From contig MU006092.1 in the NCBI GenBank assembly GCA_010093705.1, positions 440,623 through 504,622 on the forward strand: DNA of 64,000 nt, given 5' to 3'. Shown here one piece after another: positions 1 to 10,345 of this stretch. A program made the translations under genes and the position numbers. Below the pieces are notes generated by a model. The model saw only the letters and a program-made list of their open reading frames with translations. It searched no databases and was not told where the DNA came from. Every line of letters begins with the position of its first letter. Position 1 is the first letter of the stretch. This DNA is from Patellaria atrata CBS 101060 (Eukaryota).

Positions 1-105
1 TGCTGATGAGGTAGATGTGGAAAGGGAAGACGTTATGCCATTGTTGGTGAGTTCAGTAGTTGTAAGGTCCGAAGATCCTTCAATTGGAATAGCAGATGGT
101 GACAT
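1..105 (-). CDS. 5' end of an unidentified gene running off the left edge of the window
   Basis: ATG at 105 on the minus strand opens MSPSAIPIEGSSDLTTTELTNNGITSSLSTSTSSA with no stop to the window edge. MSPSAI-type N-termini are common in fungal enzymes; product not identifiable. Confidence 0.5.
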   Translation of the reverse strand, partial: MSPSAIPIEGSSDLTTTELTNNGITSSLSTSTSSA

Positions 106-221
106 TATGAGGGATTTAGTCCGTATACTGTTGGGATAGTCTGATATAAAGTGGAAAAGGAGGCGGGGATGAGTGTATGTATAACTGGATGTATGACTGA
201 TGAAGAGAGTAATCACTCGAC

Positions 222-254
222 GTCTAATTGAAGTCTAATTGAAGTCTAATTCGA
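222..254. repeat. 11-bp tandem repeat (GTCTAATTGAA x3)
   Basis: gtctaattgaa gtctaattgaa gtctaattcga read directly. Confidence 0.85.
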
Positions 255-1780
255 TTACAATGGAGTGAATATTGATACAAGAGGAATCAAGTGAAACAGA
301 AGAAACCGAGATACTTATAGTCTCCGAGTTTGTAGACTAACTTAGGATTTTCACTCTTATCACGCGCGCGATACTATGGCGCCTCAGCCGCCGCATCAAG
401 GTGCAAATCCGCAAACATGCCGTCACTGGTCAAAAGCTTGTATGTGTATATCGCCGGATAGTGGCTTAAAGGAGATAGTAGTAGTTAAATTTTTCCAATC
501 GGTCCAGTCATAACGCTTGTTGGGTCCATCGTGTGGATATGTACATTGTCAAGAAGGGCGTAAGGTTTGTACCTGGAGAAAGAACCGAGTAGGCCGAGAG
601 CTCGTTCATCCGATCGCCTTTGAAGGAGAGGCCATATCCCGCCCATTGCCGTATTTAAGCGTCATTCGCTTCTGTTTCTCCACCGGAGAACTTCCATCTC
701 CCTACTTCGATGACCTACAAAGTATCATTCTACGTATATAGATCATTGAAATTTTCTCCTCTATCTTGATTCATAAGTATAGAGAAATCTCTGCGTTAGG
801 GTGATCTGATGTGTGGCGTTCGCCCCTGACCCTCCCTAATAAGATCGTCATAGGGCTGAAACCGTGTTCATATTTTTCTCACTGCATAATCGTAACCCTT
901 ACATACACCTTCTCTCGGATATTTTGAATCGTCTCTATTTTGTTATTGATTTAGGACTTACGGTCCAGTATATTGATGACCGCGGCAACCCGACGTCATT
1001 CGCCTCGGATAAGACTTGATTCTATCAAACCACTACCTCATATACTGATCCTTACCAGAACCTATAGTTTGTATATGTACCATACCAATCAGGCCCTGAT
1101 CGATGGATTCTTCAAGTCCAAGCTCCTGAATGTTGTATGCCGTCACTGCAGCTGGCGCCGCAAGGGTGTGCGCTGTGTTCTAAACCGAGTCTCCGTGTAT
1201 GGTTGTTATCGTATAAGGGCATGTTCTTGATAATGACCTTCAATAAAGACAAGAAGTTATTTTGAAATATCGATTTCCGACTCCAATTCATCATTCCATC
1301 TCGCTTCCCTCAATAACTTTCATTTCGTCACTTTGTCCTCGCATCTCAGTATTCCTAACCTATCAAATCTGTTACCGGGGGGTTAAAGTCCACCAAATCC
1401 TAGCACTATCCGTTTGGGTAGCTTCTTTGCGTTTTTATATTGCCAAAATACCAAAATGCCAGTTATACCTTTCTATTCAATTTAAATATCCTTCTAGAGC
1501 TTCTAGCCTTGTGAATAAACCCGGTTTTCGCATTGGATCCAATCAATCTAATCGTTCGCGGTCAAGCGGTCCGACGGGGATAAAGTTAAATTTCAACACC
1601 ACCTCATGCTGCCTATACCAGAGTCCACATTAGCAATTTACGACAGGACACATGATGCCTACCCATCACCATAGTTTAAAACGGGACCAATTCCCCATGA
1701 TCGTTCGATCAAGCTTTCGTGACAAGTCCTCCTTTTCTTCTCCTGGTTACAGGGATCCGTATCTCTAACACCCAACCACC

Positions 1781-2697
1781 ATGCACTCCACCACCCTCCT
1801 CGCTGCCGCTCTCGGCCTCCTCGCAGCATCCGTATCCGCCCAAAATGGCGAATGGCAACAATGCGGCGGGACAAACTACTCCGGGGTCAAAGGCTGCAAC
1901 GCCGGTCCGTCCACCGTCCCCTTACCCATCCCCTTCCACTCCCTCTGACAACCCCCTTAGGCCTCACCTGCGTCCCCATAAACGACTACTACCACCAATG
2001 CCAACAAGGCGGCTCGCCCCCTGACCCCGAACCGACCCCGACCGACCCGACCGACCCAACAGACCCCACAGTCCCCTCCGGCGGGCCCGGCACCACGCTC
2101 CGCAAGGACTGGCTCTGGATCCGGGCCGTCGCGGCGCCCAATTTCCACAAATACATGCAATCGTCGCCGCTCCTGTCCGAGGGCACCGCCGTGCTGGGCT
2201 CCCACACTACCGCTGGCCAGTTCAACGTGATCGACGGGCAACTCGTGCAGCTCGTGACGGCGCCGGGGACGGGGCAGAAAGTGCTGTACGGCAACGTGAG
2301 CCAGGAGAAGAGCTTCGACGGCAAGGCGCTCGCGGTCACGTTCAGCGAGAGCAAGAATACGTACGGCACGTTTGGGTGGCAGGGCGATGGGCTCACGTGG
2401 CAGGTTGCGGGTATTAGTAGGCCGAATTTGAGCGCGTGGTATGTGTGTACGGGTCAGGCCATGTATATTAATCTCGGGAATTATTTGAGTAATACGCCCG
2501 CTGGGTGCGCAGATCAGACGGTATGTCGTATTCTCTTTATTTCTGCTTCGCGCTTTTTGGGGCTCTATCTTGGACTGGTAGGAGGAGTTCGTGAGGGGTG
2601 GCGGAAGACCAATAAGGAGGAGGAGGAAGACGGTGTTTTGCATGAGCTGACTGAGTTGCAGATTCACTACTACAACGACTCGAAAGCGAATGATTAA
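1781..2697 (+). CDS. Secreted protein with N-terminal CBM1 (fungal cellulose-binding module), Pro/Thr linker and C-terminal domain of unknown function (~239 aa, 3 exons)
   Basis: Signal peptide MHSTTLLAAALGLLAASVSA, then the CBM1 motif WQQCGGTNYSGVKGCNAG|LTCVPINDYYHQC, a PTDPT linker and a globular domain. Introns 1905-1960 and 2521-2661 are GT-AG with CTGAC branch sites. Confidence 0.9.
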
Positions 2698-3013
2698 GTA
2701 GAAGTAGTGACTCGCGGAGTAGGTTGGGGGTACATGAAAAGCTTGGATATTATCTGAAAACGAATATAAACCTATTCAAAGCGCAGTTCATATGAGAAAG
2801 ACCACCATTCCTGATCTCGGATCATAATTCATAAAACATAAATGAATTTGTCATGGTCATTATTGCCCCCTATTCCAGACCATCCACGCGGAGTTAAAAA
2901 CTTTCTTCGACATCCACTCACATGAACACCACGGTACCGTCAAACGAGAGTACCGGCACAAGAGAGGTAATATCGGCTGTCCTGATAATTTCATCCTCTG
3001 CCAAGGATGGATC

Positions 3014-5945
3014 TCACTTTTTCTGACATTCTCCCCTTTTTCTTTGCAGTTGTGGCATCTTTGTCCGAAGAAATTTTGTCCTCAGCGGGAAATTCGTAAT
3101 CGCTCGGAGAAGGAACTTTCTCTCTATACGGCTTGAGTGTATCAACCATCTCGTTGTATTTGTCCTAAGGACGTGGGAGAAAAGTAGCCCAAGGGTTGGC
3201 ACCACACTCTAGAAAAGCTTCTGCGGCTCTATGGGGCAATGAAACACCCTGGGGCCGAACTTCTGCGGCAGCATGGGACACTGAATCACTCCTGGACCAA
3301 GCCTTCCGGTAGAATGTCTCCCATTCCTGTTCCAAATCCTTGGTATCGGATAAAATGAGCTCCAGAACCATCCCGGAATCAAACATATTCGTCCTCACAA
3401 AAGGGATGCGTTACTGCAAAGATAACATATGACAACAATCCAAGCGAGATCGGACTCAACTGATCCTTCTCTTTGATCTATAAGTACTCATCAAGCTCGT
3501 ATCTCACAATACCCAACCAAGAACTAAATGTTGATTCAGATGCCGGTTGAGACAAAATAAGTAATTTTACGTCCCGTTTTCTGTTTGTAAACGACAGTGG
3601 TGAGTATAGATGTTCGATAACAGGATGAGTCTCGTCAAGTAGCGAAAAATTAAGGTTCCGTTGGTGATTACGTCTGACGTGAAAAAGCATGCTAAATGCA
3701 TTCACGTCAAGGTAGTAGGTATACATAGGCTCGTTCACCTTAAGTATTGCGAGATAAGCAGCGCTTAGGTGAAAGTTAGCGTCATAGAATGGAGACCAGG
3801 AATCAATCCTTGACCAATTGACTTCCTTTCCAAAGAAGTCTTTGACAGTACGGTGTAAATATGTTACAGGAGCACCCGACAATTCTTCTCTCTTCGACGA
3901 TTCCGGTTAGATGAAGCCTCTACAACATGTGTCCAGGCGTCACCTCATTGTTCCAGCTCTTGCTAATTTTTGACTCCTCTTCAAGAAACCCAGTGGGAGA
4001 CCAAGTACAAATCCTGGATGCTCTTCATCAGCATACGAAAGAGTCAGGAGAGATGGGGGGTTGCGCGTTGCATGTTGTGGCTGGAACAACTGAGACGCCC
4101 TTTTCGTTATTAGCCAAAGAGTCGATAATGTTATCAAAAAGCTGCTTAAGGTCTGGAGGTATGGAATCCAGGCGTCTTTGTAAATCCGAGAGTCGTTCGC
4201 CGTTCGTAAGGCTTCCTTGTAGTAAAGAAACAACCAAATAGACCCAAAGGAAAAACCCGGAGGCCTTACTGACCACGTTATCAATCAGATCAACAGTAAA
4301 CTCTGGCTCAACCTCTTCGAAATCCTTAAACGCGAGATGCTCGGAGAGCGTAGAGTTGACATAGTGGTACATATCACCCCGGGTCAAGTCCTCGAGAACG
4401 AGATTTGGAAACTGCACAAACGCATCTTCAAACTCTATCCAGGGTCTACTAGCCACGCATATCTTGAAATCTCCTTCCAGAAGGTTATGCAACCATTTGA
4501 TAACAATTCTGGTCGGCCTGTTGTATTCGTCAAGACCATCGATCAAGAAGAACAGTTTCATTTTGGTTTGGCACTCACTAACCAATACCTTAAAAGCTCT
4601 GAGAGGTTCGGACCATTCAAACGGTGACGTTAATGTGTTTGGAAATAAGAACCCCGCATTGACGCGATGCGGAAGTAGGGTGTAAATGAGATCTCGGTGT
4701 TGAGAGAGAATTTGGTATAAAAGCGTTCTCAGCAAGCCTTCTTGTGACATCTGAATCCCGCTTCCTGAATTCCAAAAGAAAAAGTAATACATAACGAACG
4801 GACCACTACCCGCCTAATGCTGGAGAAGCTCCTTTGTACGGTCATTCTCATGTATGTATTTCATGAGTGTCGACTTACCCGCTCTAGGTTTACCAACAAT
4901 CCAGTAGAACTTTTGGTCTTATTGTAGCCAGCTGGAGAATTTTGGCTTATCATTCGAGCTACACTTCTCCTGGACGTGTTTTTTCTGCGAATATTTATCC
5001 TTCGAATGTTAATTATGCACACGTTCCTCTTTTTCATGCTCATTTTGGCGAAGCTCTTCTTGCTTATTCTCTTCTTGGTTAGACTCTTCTCGCTTGCACT
5101 CTTCTTCAAATATCCATTCGAACGTTTTTTGGTAAGCTTAAGCTACTCGCCCGCACCTATCCTCGATTTCGGAGAATCCGAGAGAGTAAAATACGATGTC
5201 ACGAGCATCGAACATGCGGTTTACACCATAAGGATGAACATTGGGCCGAGCAAGTGGGTGCGGAATATCGCTGTTTGGGACTTGATCCTAACGGTAACTC
5301 TGCCGAATATTCCCAGTGAGTGTGTTGGTAACCGATTCCGAAAGCTCTTTTCCTTTCGTGATATCCTGGTACATACTCCGCAATTCTGTTAAGGATTCGG
5401 ACGTTGATTTATCTTTGTTACGCTGGTTCTCGTCTGACCGTAAGGCTTGCTCACTACTTAGTGTTTAGTGCATGATATATATATACCGGGTTACGTAGAA
5501 ATTACCGGAGCGAAACTATCATATGCATTGTAATGTGTTGATTGTATGTCTCCACCTTCTGAAGAGCTTTGACTTCATCTTCACTGAATAGTCTTTAGTG
5601 CTAGGCAAAAGCTATCTTATACGGTCTTCTTTTCCTGGGATCTTAGTCTACTGAGCGTTCTGTTTAGCTCATCATAGATCTCGCTACAGCGTGCACAGGA
5701 CCGCAAGGTTTTGATCCACCACCGACGGGGTTCGTTCAGGGGGTCGGACGAGGAATGTGATTTCCTGATGCTTCTTGGATAGTTCATCTTGAATACTCCC
5801 TAACTCTTGGAGTAATCCTGCTCTTTTGCGCAGATCTGCTCGGGTCATACTTATAAATCGTATACGTCCCTGAGATGAGCCCCTGGGCGAATTTGAGGAA
5901 GCTCACAAGCGCGGCAGCGACGCCTAACGCCGACACTGGATCCAT
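3014..5945 (-). pseudogene. Degraded NACHT-domain (fungal NLR/STAND) gene
   Basis: N-terminus MDPVSALGVAAALVSFLKF (typical fungal STAND N-terminal helix), TFEWIF, Walker A YWIVGKPRAGKSTLMK (~4865-4905), Walker B FFLIDGLDE, ICVASRPW and YLHRTVKDF. Several in-frame stops and frameshifts; the 3' end is approximate. Confidence 0.85.
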
Positions 5946-6958
5946 GATGCCGAGATAGCTTAGGATGAGATGTAAGGTAGGTCATTGTTTGAGGCTAACA
6001 GCTGCGATTTAGGTGTTTCCGGATTGCTTTCGCGAGTTGGGGTATCTCAGCCTTGCGCGACCTGCATACAACCTGGCCAATGATAGTAGCCTCTTCCTTC
6101 GCCACGGTAAGGTATCTTAGGTTAAAGATACGTTCTCGGTTTACATCACTATATTTATTCCTGTAACACGGCCCGCCCTCGCTCCTCGGTTGCTGTATGG
6201 TTGCCACACTCCCACTAGGGCAACCTTTCAACTTAACTCCGATGCCTCGTCGATAAGTTATTCGAGGATTAGAGATATATACAGCTTAAATTTAATTGTA
6301 GACTGATATCTCGAGAGCAACAGAGTAAAAGTGCTTTTGGCAAGGTAATTCAAAAGGGCTATGACAACAGAAGATGTAAAGTTGGATCTTGACCTTGTAT
6401 TTCTTCCGTCCAGATGATATCCTCGAGGACGGTGTACTTGCAATCATTCACTATGCTGATAGGGGATTAAAAATCACGTATAATAGCAGGCCAATAAGCG
6501 CGTAAACCTTAGAAATGTTCTGTAATGGTTAAGGTAGACTTCTCAAGGCGAGAAAGGTTTACGAAGACTGGTAGGTAGAATTTACTGGACAAGGAAAGGA
6601 GAGACTAACCATACTTCTTCCCAAATCCCAAATGAACCCTTGATAATTCACATCAGTAATCTACATACCTTACTTAGAGAACACCCCGATCCCAACCGAG
6701 CTTCGCCTCTATGGAAGTGCACACTTTGAGAACTTTACCTATGCTTTCGTCAAATATTGTAAATTATAAAGCGCCAGCAGAGGATCAAGCTGTGCTTTAA
6801 ATATCAGTGGACCGCCTTAGAAATTAAAGGTCTGGTTTAACACTACCTATTAATCCTTGTAGAGTAGGTGGTCAACTAATCTTATAGAGCGAACAGCGAT
6901 CACAGAAGAGAATATGAATTAAGATATCGTGCAATCTTGAGAATGAATCCTCAAACAG

Positions 6959-7721
6959 TTAGTCCGAAGGGCTGTTCAGATCGCGAAGGACATCGTTCGT
7001 TTCATAGCATTGTTGCCTGTAGACTTTTTAGAATTATTACTATAAGTGAGATTAAAAGACATACATACGTGTACATCTCCCTTAACGCTGGAACCGGGAC
7101 TTGGGAGAGGCAGATTGTTAGATAGACGACAGGTTTCTCTTTTTGTAATTCAAGGTTGAGTTGAGGTATCCGTTCAAAGGCTTCTTCTTCCTCTTCTTCT
7201 CCATCATCATCATCTTCTGCTTCATGGCTGCGCTCTACTTTCTTTGCATCGTTAACGAGGCCAGGATCGCCGCTCTTCTTCTTTCGATCCCTATCATCTG
7301 ACTCGGATCTGTTCGCCTTATATCCAAATTCCTCCTTTAGCTTGGCTACCTCTTCACCAACAGACATACCAGTGTACTGAAACCATCTAAACTTCTTACT
7401 TTGCAAATCCCTCTTCGTGATCTCAACAATACTGGTTAATTTCCCGGCTGACTTCCCATCTGCCACCAGAATAACAAGTTTCGGCTTTTGATTCTCCCTG
7501 TCCGCAGTTTGCAGCTCGGCCAGTAGCCTGGTGATATTCTTGGTGATGGAACTACCAGCGGAGACCTGAACAAGGGAGACAACACATTTGTCTTTGAGGA
7601 AAGTGAGGTGTGAAGCTGGCAATTTGGGTACTTCAAGGCCAGTCGCACTGTCACGTGATGGTGATGAGCGTATGTTTATGTCTGAGGTGTCGTCTGCTTT
7701 GAATTTGCGCTTGCGACCCAT
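6959..7721 (-). CDS. Alba-like DNA/RNA-binding protein (Alba/Rpp20-Rpp25 superfamily)
   Basis: Alba-type pattern SSITKNITRLL...VILVADGKSAGKLTSIVEITKR...WFQY, an acidic insert and C-terminal LTICLSQVP. Predicted intron 7017-7068 (GTATGT...CAG) moves the stop to 6959. Confidence 0.7.
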
Positions 7722-8127
7722 TGTCAGTTGACGTTGTGGAAAATTCGATTCGTGAGTTCCTCAAGCTTGACGGCATCAGAAATTCAAATTCAGAATAGCA
7801 ATACAGAGCTTTGGCCACAATCCGACCTTTGCTTACTTGCATCCAATCCATCCCCGTCCTTTTACCAGTTCCATTGTGTCAAGCCAGAATCTGGAGAAAA
7901 TTATGTCTTGTTCTATTTAACACTGTTATACGAGTATTTTCCTTTTCAACCACTTTATACTTAGGTATTGAGTGTTTATGTCCGGTTGAGTAATTTGTAG
8001 ACCGGAGCGATTTTATACAGTTCAACGGTTACCAACAGGTAAAAGCCTTTGTGGAGTACAATTCAGCCCTCGGTATAGTTTAGGGATCAAGTACAGTACA
8101 GTCCAGAAATTGAGTATAACCTAGGAC

Positions 8128-8390
8128 ACTGTACACTCTTGAGATACTGTACACTCTTGAGATACTGTACACTCTNNNNNNNNNNNNNNNNNNNNNNNNN
8201 NNNNNNNNNNNNNNNNNNNNNNNNNNNNNNNNNNNNNNNNNNNNNNNNNNNNNNNNNNNNNNNNNNNNNNNNNNNACTGTACACTCTTGAGATACTGTAC
8301 ACTCTTGAGATACTGTACACTCTGAAAATTCTATACGGTCTGGGGAACCTTTACAATCTGGATATTCTGTACAGTACCAAGAATTTGTAA
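8128..8390. repeat. 18-bp minisatellite (ACTGTACACTCTTGAGAT)n with degenerate flanking copies
   Basis: Perfect copies on both sides of the N gap; four progressively diverged 18-bp units follow on the right. Confidence 0.9.
8176..8275. other. Assembly gap (100 N) inside the minisatellite
   Basis: Run of exactly 100 N; true array length unknown. Confidence 0.99.
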
Positions 8391-10345
8391 ACGCGCTCAA
8401 TTGTTGCGGGTTTTCTAAAATAGTAGCAAGGGGATATTTTTCAGGTATGTTTATACCATTTCTAATAAGTTAAGATCACTCTTTCGTCCGCTTCTATGTG
8501 TTGAACAATACTGTACCCCGGCTCAGTGCGACTTAAATCTATTTGCGAATCTGTGATGAGAAGAATGAATATGTCTTTGATATCTTCGTAGAATGCACCT
8601 AGCTGTTAATATATACTTTTACTGTTGCTTCCGTGCTTCGCTACTATGGACAAGCTCCAACCATATTTCAACGTAAGTGTTTGAAGATAGGGTAATTGGG
8701 TAAAAACAAACCTCCTGTTTACGAATATTATTCCTAAAGGGGCAAGGAGAAAAGCTTCATTTACCGGAGGATCTTGTTGTCGCTAAGGAAGACGATAGAA
8801 TGATTGGTTAGGATGTCCGAAAGAACAGCCAGTTGCCGTCAGGAACCACTAGAATTACGTTATTTACAATTCAACGGACTTTTCAATCATGCAGCTCATC
8901 CTACAGCTGCAAGTGTACTGTATGAGCAAGCGCTGCAACCCCGCTGTTGTTGACTGGAGTCTCGATGTCGCAGCTGAGGATGCCTTGCATGCGGGCATGG
9001 ATGGATAAGGGGATCTCGGCTATCGTCCGGTTGATGTTTACCTTTGAAGTTTGAGTGAAGATGGATGACGTGAAACTGATACTATAATAACGCGATAAAG
9101 AGAGCCCTAAGAAGGCTAAGAAGCTAAGAATATATATATCATCTCACGCAATGATGTATGAGCAGATATCCATGAGTATGAAAAATACTACCTCGACATA
9201 ATTATTTTGATAGATGTTGATATAGCCAAGGTGAGGCCAAACACGGACTTCCTTTTCCATGAGTTAGGTGCCTTGAGATTAAAAACGTTTTGTTTGATGT
9301 ACATTCCAGAAGACGTGGAAGGATGCTTTTTGATGGCTGGATGGGAATTTCACAAGCCTCCTCGTCTTCCGGTGTGGGTCTGCGTTTTAAGGCCGACGCA
9401 TAAGATAGTACGAATCAAACACGATACGGCCCCCTTACTAACCTCCACTATACCCTCACTATGCTTCTTCCCGCTTGATGCATGGAATCGTTTGCCCTTC
9501 CGCAATTGATCTAATCCTCTTTCGTCTTCTTGTGATTCTTAATTTCCATCAACAACTGCTTGGCCATGTCTAATTCCTGTATCATGCTCGTCAGATCTGC
9601 GTCAATTAAAGCCTAACGCTCCCGAATAGGCCATCACTAGGCTCTTCACGGTTTGGTTGCCCATCGCCTCGGATTTCGTGGATTTAGTGCCGTTGACAGG
9701 GACTTACAGGAGTTTCCCTTCGCTCCCGTCCCATCTCCCAAAGGTTCCCAGAAGCCCATCACCACCAGCTCTTTCGCCCCCCCAAACTTCGACTTCATCA
9801 TCACCTTCTGCACCTCCCGCTGCGCCCTCACCTTGTACCATCTTAAACCACTGCAGTATTTCCTTTTTTCTCCTCCAACAGTCTGCCCTGACCGTGCTTG
9901 TTTATCTTCTGGAGCTGAGGCACCTCCCAAATACTTGATTTTTCCAACTTTTAATTTTGATTTTCTCCCGTATCATCCCTCTTAATATCGCTCTTTCCGC
10001 TTCTCTCCGTCGCAGCTTCCTCTTCCCAGGTGCTTCCTTCCTCATATTGCTTTCTTCTTACTCAGCTACTTTTTGATCGGCTGTCATTCCTTTGCGCAAC
10101 TACCTTTAGGTTCCAGGTTATTCTCGGGCATTTTATCTTTCTGCTTCCGTGTGCTTCTGTTGCCTAGTCGATCTTCTTTCTCGTTGCAGTGCAAGCCGGA
10201 GTCTTCCGATCGCCCGACCCTAAATGCGACACCTATAACGGCGTCGCATAATTATTTTCAACGTCTACTGCTACCAGCTGCGCGCGCGTCGCCACCATCG
10301 CGTACAGATGACAGTTGAATCTCATAGGCATTCTGCTTCTTCCTC

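Noticed and set aside
420..1350. Splice-like signals and broken frames on the minus strand
   Set aside because: Multiple stops and no recognisable protein; cannot support a gene or pseudogene call.
1957..2667. 236-aa antisense ORF over the CBM1 gene (similar antisense ORFs lie over MVD1, TAF13, CRM1)
   Set aside because: Codon-bias shadows of the real genes; no independent features.
9653..9985. Pro/Ser/Phe-rich ORFs upstream of AHC1
   Set aside because: TTG starts in pyrimidine-rich promoter/leader DNA; composition alone explains the open frames.
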